IMG/VR virus record: IMGVR_UViG_3300050011_000078 | Coordinates: 1 to 62,264 of that record | DNA: 62,264 nucleotides | Strand: one strand, 5' to 3' | From: a virus | Taxonomy: Duplodnaviria; Caudoviricetes | In this document: positions 8,961 through 18,586 of the stretch, piece by piece | Position numbering within the stretch: position 1 is the first letter of the stretch | How the letters are laid out: every line of letters starts with the position of its first letter | Program-made: the position numbers and the translations under genes | The notes under the pieces: generated by a model | What the model saw: the letters and a program-made list of their open reading frames with translations, nothing else | What the model was told of the DNA's origin: nothing | The model's database searches: none

Positions 8961-9888
8961 GGCGATCGATGAGGCATCCGGCGCCGGCTGGCACATTTGG
9001 AACGGCGATTGCATCGATGTGATGGCGGGACTTCCTGACGAAAGCGTTGGGATGTCGATTTTTTCCCCGCCTTACTTGTCCCTTTATCAATATTCTAATT
9101 CAGACCGAGACTTGGGCAACACCAAGGACGACGACGAATTTTACTTTCATTTTGGATTTGTGATCGACCACCTGTTCCGTCTCGTCATGCCCGGGCGTGT
9201 AGTCGCCGTCGATTGCATGAACGTTCCTGCGATGAAATCGCGCGACGGGTTCATCGGATTGAAGGATTTTCGAGGGGAGTTGATTCGCAGATTTGTGGCT
9301 GCGGGGTTTATTTTTCACAGCGAACATTGCATGTGGAAAGATCCTCTTATCGAGGCGACGCGAACAAAAGCGCTCGGTTTGATGCACAAGCAATTGTGCA
9401 AAGACAGTTCAATGGCGCGAGCCGGAATCCCTCAATATCTATTGGCCTTTCGCAAGCCGGGAGAAAATGCTGAACCGATTGGTCACCCTAACGGCGTCGA
9501 CTATTTCATCGGAGAGAATGAGCCGAGCAATGGCATTATGTCTCACGAGCGATGGCGGCGATATGCATCCCCGGTTTGGCTCGATATTGATTTTACCCGG
9601 ACGCTGAACTACCGGGCTGCGCGCGATGCGCAAGATGAGCGTCATATAGCGCCGCTTGCCCTTGATGCGATTGAGCGAGCCCTATGGCTTTGGTCCAATC
9701 CCGGTGATGTTATTTTTTCTCCATTTACGGGGATTGGAAGCGAAGTCTATAGCGCCGTCATGATGGGCCGCGTTGGCTGTGGGGCGGAATTGAAGCCATC
9801 ATATTTCGCGCAGGCCGTACGCAACATGCTTTCCGCCAAACCAGCCGCCAAAAATAATCTTCTTACGATCTCGGAAGCAACCGCATGA
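8950..9888 (+). CDS. N4-cytosine/N6-adenine DNA methyltransferase (beta class)
   Basis: GDC..FSPPY ... PFTGIGSE..GAELKPSYF. Confidence 0.9.
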   Translation: MPVKAIDEASGAGWHIWNGDCIDVMAGLPDESVGMSIFSPPYLSLYQYSNSDRDLGNTKDDDEFYFHFGFVIDHLFRLVMPGRVVAVDCMNVPAMKSRDGFIGLKDFRGELIRRFVAAGFIFHSEHCMWKDPLIEATRTKALGLMHKQLCKDSSMARAGIPQYLLAFRKPGENAEPIGHPNGVDYFIGENEPSNGIMSHERWRRYASPVWLDIDFTRTLNYRAARDAQDERHIAPLALDAIERALWLWSNPGDVIFSPFTGIGSEVYSAVMMGRVGCGAELKPSYFAQAVRNMLSAKPAAKNNLLTISEATA

Positions 9889-10787
9889 GCATGCATCCCG
9901 CCGCCAGCCGATACACGCCTTTGCAGCTTGATCTGAACGAGCAGCACAAAGCCCGCGAGCGTCGCATGCACGACGCGGCGCGCGCGCGCCTTGCTGCCCT
10001 GCCGGCGCCGGAGCCTTCGCCAGCGCCCGTGCTAGCCAGATTTGGATCGCCGCTCGATCGCGTCAAGGAAGCGGTTGAGGCTGTAAGGCCGACGGTTCGA
10101 GCGACTTCGTCCGCCATCCTCACGGCCAAGGACATAAAAGCCGAGGTCGCGGCTCAATACTTTTTGACGGTCGATACTTTGATCGGCCGCTGCCGACTCT
10201 GGGAGGTAGTGCGTCCAAGGCAGATCGCCATGTATCTGACGCATGTCATCTGTCCGAAAATGAGCCTGCCGCAGATCGGACGAGCGTTCAACAGGGATCA
10301 CACAACCATTCTTAGCGCTCTTTATAAAATCCGTCGCCTTGTCGCGACCGATCCAGTGGTTGATGCCGAGATTAAGGAGTTGTTGGTGTTTCTCGCCACA
10401 GCGCCGACGCCGCCGGTCGCAGACCCCCATGTCTCTCCGGTAGACTTCTACGGCCGCAAGCCGATGGTTAATCGCGCTGGCATTCGATACGGGATGCTTA
10501 TCGTCATTGATGACACGCCCGTCTCGTTTCGAAAGGGCAACAAAATCGATTGGCTGTGGAACTGCAAATGCGATTGCGGCGACACGAAGCTGATTCGAGC
10601 CGACCGGCTCAGATCCAAAACAAGAGGCCTAAGAAACTGCGGTTGCTTGCTTCGTGAATCGGCCCGTCAGCGAGCCATTTTGAGGCCGCGGGCGTTCGGT
10701 GGAAGGTTCACGCCGCGGCCGAGTGTCTTATCCGATATCGATGCATGGAAGAGTCTTGGCATAAAAAGCAAGCCGAGGGTCACATGA
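9885..10787 (+). CDS. DnaA C-terminal (domain IV)-like protein with an HNH/AP2-associated Cys motif
   Basis: RPRQIAMYL..SLPQIGRAF.RDHTTIL; WNCKCDCG..NCGC. Confidence 0.8.
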   Translation: MSMHPAASRYTPLQLDLNEQHKARERRMHDAARARLAALPAPEPSPAPVLARFGSPLDRVKEAVEAVRPTVRATSSAILTAKDIKAEVAAQYFLTVDTLIGRCRLWEVVRPRQIAMYLTHVICPKMSLPQIGRAFNRDHTTILSALYKIRRLVATDPVVDAEIKELLVFLATAPTPPVADPHVSPVDFYGRKPMVNRAGIRYGMLIVIDDTPVSFRKGNKIDWLWNCKCDCGDTKLIRADRLRSKTRGLRNCGCLLRESARQRAILRPRAFGGRFTPRPSVLSDIDAWKSLGIKSKPRVT

Positions 10788-11671
10788 ACGGCTTGCCTCT
10801 CGCTATTGACCTCTATTGCGGCTTAGGCGGATGGACCGATGGCCTGCTCGCCGAGGGCTACGACGTCCTAGGCTTCGACATCGAGCGCCACGAATACGGC
10901 GAGCATCGCTACCCCGCGCAGCTTGTGATCCAGGACGTTCTCACGCTGCACGGCTCGCAATTCAAGGACGCGACGTTGATTGTCGCGTCGCCGCCGTGTC
11001 AGGAATATTCCTACATGGCGATGCCTTGGACCCGCGCGAAGGCGAAGGCAGCGGCGATCCGGACCGACACGAGCGGCGCTGAGATCGAACGGCTGAACGC
11101 GCTGTTCAACGCCTGCTTTCGCATTCAGCGCGAGGCTTGCGAGGCGGCTGGGCGGCATATCCCGATGATCGTCGAGAACGTGCGCGGCGCAATTCCGTGG
11201 GTTGGCCGGTCACGTTGGAACTTCGGAAGCTTCCACTTGTGGGGTGACATTCCGGCGCTGATGCCTCCCGTTTCCAATGCCCGCAAGTTCAATCCTGACC
11301 GTCTCGACCATCCGACCAAAAACACCGGCGGCTCTTGGTTCGACGTTGCGCACAACACGACAAGCGGAAAATCGAACAATCCCGTCTCAATTCCGGCTTG
11401 CCGAAACGACGGCGCCAAGCTCCCCGGCTTCCGCTTCGACGGGAGCGGCAAGAGCTTTCAGAGCGCGTCGGTGGAGGGTGTCAAGGGCGAAGGCGTCAAG
11501 CAGCACGGCAGCGGGCGAGAGTGGTTTGCGGGCGAAGGCAAGATGGGGCGACTTAGCTCGAAATCCCCGGCCCGCAAGATGGCCAGCGCCATGATCGCGA
11601 AGATTCCGCTGGCGCTCAGCCGGCATATCGCTCGCGCGTGGTTCCCGCAGCAATCCTCGGAGGCCGCATGA
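10784..11671 (+). CDS. C5-cytosine DNA methyltransferase-like protein
   Basis: IDLYCGLGG, SPPCQEYS, ENV motifs. Confidence 0.85.
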   Translation: MNGLPLAIDLYCGLGGWTDGLLAEGYDVLGFDIERHEYGEHRYPAQLVIQDVLTLHGSQFKDATLIVASPPCQEYSYMAMPWTRAKAKAAAIRTDTSGAEIERLNALFNACFRIQREACEAAGRHIPMIVENVRGAIPWVGRSRWNFGSFHLWGDIPALMPPVSNARKFNPDRLDHPTKNTGGSWFDVAHNTTSGKSNNPVSIPACRNDGAKLPGFRFDGSGKSFQSASVEGVKGEGVKQHGSGREWFAGEGKMGRLSSKSPARKMASAMIAKIPLALSRHIARAWFPQQSSEAA

Positions 11672-12546
11672 GTCAGCCATGGATGCCTCTCTATATCGCC
11701 GACTATCTAGCAGACACGCGCCGGCTGACGACGCTTGAGCATGGCGCATACTTGCTCTTGATTATGGAATATTGGCGCAATGGTGGCCTACCTGCCGACG
11801 ATGACAAGCTGGCGCGCATCGCCGGCCTATCGCGGAAGGAGTGGGTTTCCATCCGCGCCAGCATCGCCGAATTATTTCAGGATGCTTGGCGTCATAAGCG
11901 GATAGACCAAGAGATTGCTCATGCGGCTGAAAAGTCTGAGGCGGCCCGCGCGTCCGTTGGCCGGAGGAAATACCGACCAGTCAAATCGAACGATCAATCG
12001 AACGATCAATCGAACGATCAATCGAAACGCAATCGAACGATTGACAAACGATCAATCGAAACGCAATCGAACGCCAATCTGTCACAACCACAACCACAGT
12101 TAAAGGAAGAATCCCCCTCACTACGTTCGGGGGACACGGGGGGGGGATCCGATTCTGATCCCGTCGCCAAGCCAAAATCGAAGGCCAAGGGATCGCGCCT
12201 TGCGGACGATTGGCGACCGGACGACGCGGGCATGCTCTTCGCTGCCGAGCAAATCGGCCAGGTGACGGCCGATGTCGAGATCGACAAGTTCCACGAATAT
12301 TGGCGGTCTTTGGCTGGCGCGAAGGCAATCAAGCTCGATTGGGGGCTGACTTGGCGCGGTTGGGTCCGCCGGGCCGCCGAGCGACGCCCGCCGGCGCGCG
12401 CCGGGCCGCCGCCACGCGCACCGAAGACCAACCTTTTCATTCAATCCGTGATCGAGAGCCAACGAAATGCAGACCGGGCAAGAGATTTCCAAAGTTCAGA
12501 CGACTATCAGGGCGGCCCCACGATCGACGTCGATCCAGCTCGCTAA
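11668..12546 (+). CDS. DUF1376/YdaU-family replication initiator
   Basis: PWMPLYIADYLADT..L...EHGAYLLL; internal iterons; C-terminal DKF..YW..KLDW..TWRGWVR. Confidence 0.85.
   Translation: MSQPWMPLYIADYLADTRRLTTLEHGAYLLLIMEYWRNGGLPADDDKLARIAGLSRKEWVSIRASIAELFQDAWRHKRIDQEIAHAAEKSEAARASVGRRKYRPVKSNDQSNDQSNDQSKRNRTIDKRSIETQSNANLSQPQPQLKEESPSLRSGDTGGGSDSDPVAKPKSKAKGSRLADDWRPDDAGMLFAAEQIGQVTADVEIDKFHEYWRSLAGAKAIKLDWGLTWRGWVRRAAERRPPARAGPPPRAPKTNLFIQSVIESQRNADRARDFQSSDDYQGGPTIDVDPAR
11984..12073 (+). repeat. replication origin iterons (12-bp AATCGAACGATC and variants)
   Basis: Three tandem perfect copies plus AATCGAAACGC variants inside the initiator gene. Confidence 0.8.
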
Positions 12547-13246
12547 CGCGCTGTCGATCGCCTTGAACGCGCTGGTCGGCGGTGGCATGACGGAGGCGGC
12601 GTTGCCATCCGGCGCGCGCCTCGGCCTCGAAACGCGCTCCCGCGAGTTGGCAGCCGCCTTGGCTCCGCCGCGTCCCGAAAAGGTCAGATCGTTGCTGGCG
12701 CAATTGGGGACTCTGCCATCTCGCGATGAGGATGATCCCACGGTTCGGTTGATGCTGGTCGAACAATATGTCGTAGCGTGCTCCGACGTCCCAGAATGGG
12801 CGCTCGAATGGGCGGTTTGGGCGTTCATCAAGAACGAGGCCGGCGGATCGCAATTCCGCCCGACGGCCGGCGAGCTTCGCTCATTCGCCATGCGGCGGGT
12901 TTCGGACGTCATCGCCGAGCGCCAGAAGATCGAGTCTGTCCTGCGCGCTCCGGCGCCGGTCAAACTGATTGGCCCAGAAGATCGCAAGCGCATGGCCGAC
13001 ATGCTCCGGGAAGCCGCCGAGGCGTTTCGCATGCGCGACTTGGAGGTCGAGCAAAAACGCGGCGCCAGGGAATTAGAGGTCGTCCGTCGCGCCCAGGAGA
13101 CTATCGAGGAAGCCGCGCGGAAGGTCGACGACGCATTTTCTCACATTCAAGGGCCGTTGACTGTCTCTGACGAGCTAAGGGTGTCCAATGCCTCCCGCAA
13201 TCGCACACTGGCGGAAACGAGCGAGGACGCGAACCATGCCGCATAA
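12467..13246 (+). CDS. replication accessory protein (helicase-loader position)
   Basis: Y...CSDVPEWA..A......FRPT.GEL motif following the initiator. Confidence 0.6.
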   Translation: MQTGQEISKVQTTIRAAPRSTSIQLANALSIALNALVGGGMTEAALPSGARLGLETRSRELAAALAPPRPEKVRSLLAQLGTLPSRDEDDPTVRLMLVEQYVVACSDVPEWALEWAVWAFIKNEAGGSQFRPTAGELRSFAMRRVSDVIAERQKIESVLRAPAPVKLIGPEDRKRMADMLREAAEAFRMRDLEVEQKRGARELEVVRRAQETIEEAARKVDDAFSHIQGPLTVSDELRVSNASRNRTLAETSEDANHAA

Positions 13247-13386
13247 AGACCCGGGCCGCCTTGTCCCGTGGCCAATCTGTGGATAATCACAAATGAAAGG
13301 TTTTGCTAAATGATATAATCATTGCAACACTATGAATGGGCGGCTTAAAAGTCCTCCTCGCATGAAATTGGTCTGCCAGCCAACGG

Positions 13387-13602
13387 GTGCATTTAAAAAT
13401 GACGGTCAAGAGCTCTGTCGTCGTCTATGACGAACACGAAGGGATTTACGAAACCCGGTCAAAGGTCGAATCGAACGTTTGGGACCGCCAAACAGAAATG
13501 GTTGACACGGGGATTCTCGACGCTGGCGGCGCGCCGATTAAGAGACAAACCAGTGGAATGGACCAAATAGGGTTCATTCGATCGAAACTGCCCGCTCGAT
13601 GA
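13387..13602 (+). CDS. hypothetical protein
   Basis: DTGILDAGG.PI..IGF motif; coupled to the next gene. Confidence 0.5.
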   Translation: MHLKMTVKSSVVVYDEHEGIYETRSKVESNVWDRQTEMVDTGILDAGGAPIKRQTSGMDQIGFIRSKLPAR

Positions 13603-14228
13603 CGGTCAAGGAAGCCAAGCGGTTTCTCCGTGGGTTTCAGGAAAGCCAGGATATCGCGCCAGCGGTTCCGACGGCCGAGCGGCTGAACAAGGCCGGCGAG
13701 GATTATTCGATCGAGGATTCGATATCGGTCGAGGAGATAATCGGGAAGGACGGCCGGCCGACGCCGGAGACGATCGAGCGCAAGCGCATCCGGTTGAATG
13801 ACTCGCCCCTGGCGCGCCTGGCGTCGAGGGGCTTGCTGGCGCCCAGCGACAAGTCCATGAACATGGCGTTACGGGCGGCGGGCGAGAAATATGCCGAGCA
13901 TTGGCACAACGGGACACCGACGCTCGGGGCCATGGACCCGTCCAAGCCGTTCATATCGGACAGCCGGGTTCCGGCCCATTGGCAAAACGAATGGCAATTG
14001 GGAGAGTGGCAATTGTGGCTCCAGGCCTCGCTTGTGGTCTATCCGGTCCACCGGGCCACGGTCGATGCGGTTGTGCTTCACGATCGGAGCCCGTCGGATA
14101 TTGCCCGCCACGTCACCCGATACACCAAAGTTGACTCGGGCGTCGCCGTCGTCATCGAACGGCTCACTTGCGGTTTGGCCGAGCTCGCCATGCATTTCGG
14201 GATGCTCGACAAGAATGATTTGCGGTAA
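13599..14228 (+). CDS. putative late transcription regulator (Q position)
   Basis: SPLARLASRGLL..AGEKY..; C-terminal HTH-like L..GL..LA.HFG; precedes the late genes. Confidence 0.55.
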   Translation: MTVKEAKRFLRGFQESQDIAPAVPTAERLNKAGEDYSIEDSISVEEIIGKDGRPTPETIERKRIRLNDSPLARLASRGLLAPSDKSMNMALRAAGEKYAEHWHNGTPTLGAMDPSKPFISDSRVPAHWQNEWQLGEWQLWLQASLVVYPVHRATVDAVVLHDRSPSDIARHVTRYTKVDSGVAVVIERLTCGLAELAMHFGMLDKNDLR

Positions 14229-14234
14229 TGAGGT

Positions 14235-14540
14235 ATGCTTCTGATGGGCACGAAAAACAACCCCGGAAAGTTCGATTGCTATGAGAATGCAATGCCTGAT
14301 GAGCCGATGTTCGTCATCCTTGGACGCGACAAGATCGGCGGCTCAATTGTTCGCATGTGGGCAAAGAATAGATTGGACGATGATCCGCACAAAATACAGG
14401 AATCCCTTGATTGTGCAGACGCGATGGACGCGTGGGCAATCGGCTTGGGCAAACAACCCGTTGCCCTGATCGACAAGCCTCCCTTGGCGGATCCACAGCG
14501 ACGGAGGCGGAGAATGTCTAAGCCCATGTCTCCTCCTTAA
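14235..14540 (+). CDS. hypothetical protein
   Basis: MGTKNNPGKFDCY..A.PDEPMFV.LGRD motif. Confidence 0.6.
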   Translation: MLLMGTKNNPGKFDCYENAMPDEPMFVILGRDKIGGSIVRMWAKNRLDDDPHKIQESLDCADAMDAWAIGLGKQPVALIDKPPLADPQRRRRRMSKPMSPP

Positions 14541-14651
14541 GGCCAACATCGCGCTTGACGGCCCGCGGGCCGTAATATACGGATCATATCCAATGGATTC
14601 GCGCGCCCGGAGCTCTACAGCTTGCGGGCGCTTTTCAATTCGCGTTTCAAC

Positions 14652-14724
14652 GCCGGGGCTCAGCAGGTAGAGCAGCGGTTTTGTAAATCGCAGGTCGCGT
14701 GTTCGAATCATGCACCCGGCACCA
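14652..14724 (+). tRNA. tRNA-Thr(TGT), lacking 3 nt at the acceptor/D-arm junction (possible pseudo-tRNA)
   Basis: GCTC/GAGC D stem, GCGGT-TTTGTAA-ATCGC anticodon arm, GCGTG-TTCGAAT-CATGC T arm, ACCCGGC-ACCA end. Confidence 0.85.
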
Positions 14725-14939
14725 ATTCACAATTCACCCATTCGCCCGATGCGCCCACAACGCTTGGACGAAGGCCGGCAGGACCGCGAGAAGGCCTCTC
14801 GCCGAGCCGGCCACCAATGAGAAAGGTCGTCTGATCGCGCCGGCGACCATATCATCGCCGCGCAAGACAAGCGCGACAGACAGAACGCCAAGCGCCTCGC
14901 TAATCGACCGTCTTACAGGAGCCGTCGGGGCTCAGCCGG

Positions 14940-15164
14940 TTGATCCCTCCCCCGATAACAAACCAAGGAGAATACGTCGTGAACGCTCAGGGCGTTCTGC
15001 TCTGCGTGGCGGCTGTCATGTTCATTGCCGGCGTCGTCATGGTGACTATCGGCGCGATCGCTGATGAAAAAGCGTATCGGAAGATGATTAACGCCTACCT
15101 GCGCCGCAAGGGCTGGGCGCGCCCCAACCAATCACCACCCGAAGACCGCTCTTGGGCGTCGTAG
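14940..15164 (+). CDS. small membrane protein
   Basis: AAGGAG RBS before GTG AAC (true start probably near 14978); one TM. Confidence 0.5.
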   Translation: MIPPPITNQGEYVVNAQGVLLCVAAVMFIAGVVMVTIGAIADEKAYRKMINAYLRRKGWARPNQSPPEDRSWAS

Positions 15165-15192
15165 GCGTTTGATTAAATCAAAGGAATTCAAA

Positions 15193-15729
15193 ATGGCCCG
15201 CGGTGGCAAACGCGCTGGCGCTGGGCGCAAAGCGAAGGCCAAGGGTGAACACCCCAAGCCAACAAAGCAAGAGCGCTCCATAGGCCGCCCTACAGCCTAT
15301 ACGGAAGAGATCGCCGCAGGGATATGCGAACGGCTCGTTATGGGCGAAAGCCTGCGTAACATCTGCCAGTCGGATGGTGTGCCGCACCTTTCGACCATCA
15401 TGCGGTGGCTGGGCCATAAAGACCACGCGGTCTTTCGCGAGTTATATGCGCGCGCGAGGGATGCACAAGCCGATGTTTTATTTGATGAAATCTTGACGAT
15501 CGCCGATACGCCGATTGTTGGCGTGAAGACGGTGACCAAGGCGGCCGGGGTCGAGAAGACCGAAGGCGACATGATTGAGCATCGCCGGCTCCAGATCGAC
15601 GCGCGCAAGTGGATCGCAAGCAAGCTGGCCCCAAAGAAATATGGCGAGAGGCTCGCGCACGAGCACAGCGGCCCGGACGGAGGCCCTATCGCTCTCGTCA
15701 CTCTGGAGAAGGAAGACCGCTATCTGTGA
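15193..15729 (+). CDS. terS: terminase small subunit
   Basis: GRPTAYTEEIA..IC....GESLR.IC..; RLQIDARKWIASKLAPKKYG. Confidence 0.9.
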   Translation: MARGGKRAGAGRKAKAKGEHPKPTKQERSIGRPTAYTEEIAAGICERLVMGESLRNICQSDGVPHLSTIMRWLGHKDHAVFRELYARARDAQADVLFDEILTIADTPIVGVKTVTKAAGVEKTEGDMIEHRRLQIDARKWIASKLAPKKYGERLAHEHSGPDGGPIALVTLEKEDRYL

Positions 15730-17039
15730 CATTCGCCCTCACGGAGCGTCAGAAGGAGGTTCAGCGGTTCATGCGTGGGCCGGAGCGCCACAAGCTTATC
15801 TATGGTGGCGCCCGTTCCGGCAAAACTGTTCTGATTATCCGGGCGATTTTGATCCGGGCGATGATGGCTCCTGGCAGTCGCCACGCAATCCTGAGATTCC
15901 GCGGTAACGCTGCCCGATCGTCTATCGCTCTCGATACGCTACCAAAAGTGAGGGAACTTTGTTTCCCAACGATAGCGCTAAAGGAGCATAGGCAGGACGG
16001 GTTCTTTGAACTGCCGAACGGGAGCCAGCTTTGGATTGGCGGCCTTGATGACCGGGAGCGCGCCGAGAAAATCCTCGGCCAGGAATACGCGACGATTTAC
16101 GCCAACGAATGCTCGCAGATCCCCTATTCTTCGATTCTTATCGCGCGCACCCGGCTTGCCCAAATGGTGCAGGCTAACATTGACGGCCAGAAATTCACCC
16201 TTCCGCAGCGCGGATATTACGACCTAAATCCAGTTGGCGGCGGTCATTGGACCAATGTTGAGTTTGGCGAAAAGCGCGATCCGCTATCCCGGAAGGCGCT
16301 CGCCCATCCGGACAATTTCGCCCGAACATGGATCAACCCGAACGACAATCGAGACAATTTATCGGCCGACACGCTGGCCGAGCTTGATGCACTCCCTGAG
16401 CGCCATCGCAAGCGCTTCTTTGAGGGCGTCTATGTCACGGAACTCGACGGCGCTCTTTGGACTTACGAGCGCCTCGAGGCCTGCCGTTGCGAGATCGAGG
16501 ACGTTCCTCAACTGACCCAGATCGTCGTTGCAGTCGATCCGAGCGGCGCTCGGGGCGAGGAAGACCGTCGGTCAGACGAAATAGGGATTGTCGCCGTCGG
16601 CAAAGGTATCGATGGGCGCGCCTACGTGCTGGAAGACGGGACGTGCCGTCTTGGCCCGGCTGGCTGGGCCCGGCGTGCGGTGGAAATGTATCACAGGCAC
16701 GGCGCCGATTCGATTATAGCCGAGATCAACTATGGCGGCGCTATGGTCGAGTCGACCATTCGAGCTGAAGCGCTGGATGTCTCGTATCGAGAGGTTCACG
16801 CCTCTCGCGGCAAGTGGGTCCGGGCTGAGCCGGTAGCGGCGCTCTATGAAGAGAAGATCGACAAGGTTAGACACGTCGGGCGGTTTGCCGATCTTGAAGA
16901 CCAGCTCTGCAAATTCTCAGCCAATGGTTACACCGGCGAGCGGTCGCCGGATCGCGCCGATGCACTCGTATGGGCAATCACCGATTTGATGCTCGAGGAC
17001 GGGTTTGACCTCACAACCTATTTGAAGGCGTATGCTTAA
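15726..17039 (+). CDS. terL: terminase large subunit
   Basis: GGARSGKT Walker A, VAVDPS nuclease motif, SPDRADALVWA. Confidence 0.95.
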   Translation: MTFALTERQKEVQRFMRGPERHKLIYGGARSGKTVLIIRAILIRAMMAPGSRHAILRFRGNAARSSIALDTLPKVRELCFPTIALKEHRQDGFFELPNGSQLWIGGLDDRERAEKILGQEYATIYANECSQIPYSSILIARTRLAQMVQANIDGQKFTLPQRGYYDLNPVGGGHWTNVEFGEKRDPLSRKALAHPDNFARTWINPNDNRDNLSADTLAELDALPERHRKRFFEGVYVTELDGALWTYERLEACRCEIEDVPQLTQIVVAVDPSGARGEEDRRSDEIGIVAVGKGIDGRAYVLEDGTCRLGPAGWARRAVEMYHRHGADSIIAEINYGGAMVESTIRAEALDVSYREVHASRGKWVRAEPVAALYEEKIDKVRHVGRFADLEDQLCKFSANGYTGERSPDRADALVWAITDLMLEDGFDLTTYLKAYA

Positions 17040-18586
17040 TGTCAAAGACTAAGCATCAGCGCATTCAGCAAAACGCTATGCAAAGTCAAAGGGTTAACGA
17101 CGCCGCGCCAGCACCATCTCCAGCGCCGGAACTCGCGTCAGCGGCCACGGGCGGCCAAGTCAATGATTCCTACCAGAATTTCGCGGCGCGCATCGGCGTT
17201 GGAACCGGCAATCTCGGCGACGGAAGCTCCTACGGATTCAACCCAGTCACGCGCAAGCGGGCCGAACTTGAATATATGTATCGAGGCTCATGGATCGCGC
17301 AGATAGCAGTCGACGCTGTCGCCGACGATATGACTCGAGCCGGGATCGACTTCGGCCAACTCGATCCCGATGAGATCGACGCGCTGACAGGCGATTTTGA
17401 ACAGAAGGCGATTTGGCCAGCGATTGGCGACACGCTGCGCTGGTCGAGGCTCTACGGCGGCGCCATCGCGGTAATTCTGATCGAGGGGCAAAACCTCGCG
17501 ACGCCGTTGCGCATTGAGTCGATCGCCAAGGGTCAGTTCAAGGGGCTGCTCGTTCTCGATCGCTGGACGTTCCTACAGCAATATGACCATTTGGTGCAGG
17601 ATTTAGGCCCCGATCTCGGCAAGCCGAAGTTCTACACGATCGGGCCGCAGGCGCCGGCTCTGCAAAATCAGAGGGTCCATTACAGCCGCATTATCCGGTT
17701 CGATGGCAAGGTGCTCCCATACTATCAACGCCTTGCCGAACAGGGCTGGGGAATGTCGGTCATCGAACCCGTCTGGGATCGCATGGTGGCATTCGACAGC
17801 GCCACGCAAGCTGCGGCGCAGTTGGTCTACAAGTCGCATCTCAGGGTCATGTCGGTCGAGGGCTTGAAGAAGATCCTCGCCGCCGGCGGCCCCGCCTTTG
17901 ACGCGCTGGTCAAGAATATTCAGTCAATCCGCCAATTCCAGTCCACCGAAGGCATGTCGATTATCGACGCCACCGACAAGCTGGAAACGCAGGTCTACAA
18001 TTTCAGCGGCCTGGCCGAAATCATAATTCAGTTCGGACAGCAGATATCCGGCAATCTTCAAATCCCGATGGTGCGCCTGTTCGGCCAATCGCCGGTCGGC
18101 ATGAACGCCACGGGCGAAAGCGATCTTCGAACCTATTACGACGGCTGCGCCTCGAAACAGGAATCGCAACTTCGCGTTCCGGTTTCCAAGGTCATCGATA
18201 TAGCATATCGGTCGCTGTTCGGCAAAGCGATCCCGGCCGGATTCAAGTTCAAGTTCAACGCGCTGTGGTTGCTCCGCGAAGAAGAGAAGGCGGATATCGC
18301 CGGCAAGATCACGACGCTGGTTGTGCAGGCACACGAGAGCGGGATCGTCGATAGGCCGACGGCCCTGAAAGAATTGCGCGCAAGCGCCGACGAATCCGGC
18401 ACCTGGCATTCGATCACCGACGATATCATCAAGGAAGCCGAAGAAGAGCCGCCGATCCCGACGCCGCTCGATCCCAAAGAGGCGACGGCCAAGGCCAAGC
18501 TCGAAGAGGCTGGCAAAACGCCCGAGCCCGGAAAGAATCAGCCGAATGCTGGAGCGGCCGTCGTCAAAGAGCCCGTCGCCGCTTGA
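17039..18586 (+). CDS. portal protein (DUF1073 type)
   Basis: YRGSWIA...VD.VADDMTR; W.RLYGG; IPMVRLFGQSP.GMNATGESD...YYD. Confidence 0.9.
   Translation: MSKTKHQRIQQNAMQSQRVNDAAPAPSPAPELASAATGGQVNDSYQNFAARIGVGTGNLGDGSSYGFNPVTRKRAELEYMYRGSWIAQIAVDAVADDMTRAGIDFGQLDPDEIDALTGDFEQKAIWPAIGDTLRWSRLYGGAIAVILIEGQNLATPLRIESIAKGQFKGLLVLDRWTFLQQYDHLVQDLGPDLGKPKFYTIGPQAPALQNQRVHYSRIIRFDGKVLPYYQRLAEQGWGMSVIEPVWDRMVAFDSATQAAAQLVYKSHLRVMSVEGLKKILAAGGPAFDALVKNIQSIRQFQSTEGMSIIDATDKLETQVYNFSGLAEIIIQFGQQISGNLQIPMVRLFGQSPVGMNATGESDLRTYYDGCASKQESQLRVPVSKVIDIAYRSLFGKAIPAGFKFKFNALWLLREEEKADIAGKITTLVVQAHESGIVDRPTALKELRASADESGTWHSITDDIIKEAEEEPPIPTPLDPKEATAKAKLEEAGKTPEPGKNQPNAGAAVVKEPVAA

Noticed and set aside
11984-12025. 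Self-targeting of origin iterons by spacer ATTGATCGA (8/9 match to the iteron reverse complement ATTGATCGT)
   Set aside because: The adjacent sequence does not match the partner spacer, and single 9-mer near-matches are expected by chance. No full self-target was found by eye, but the search was not exhaustive.
14555-14581. Sigma70 late promoter (TTGACG..TAATAT) around a palindrome
   Set aside because: Spacing of 12-15 bp is non-canonical; it cannot be supported without TSS data.
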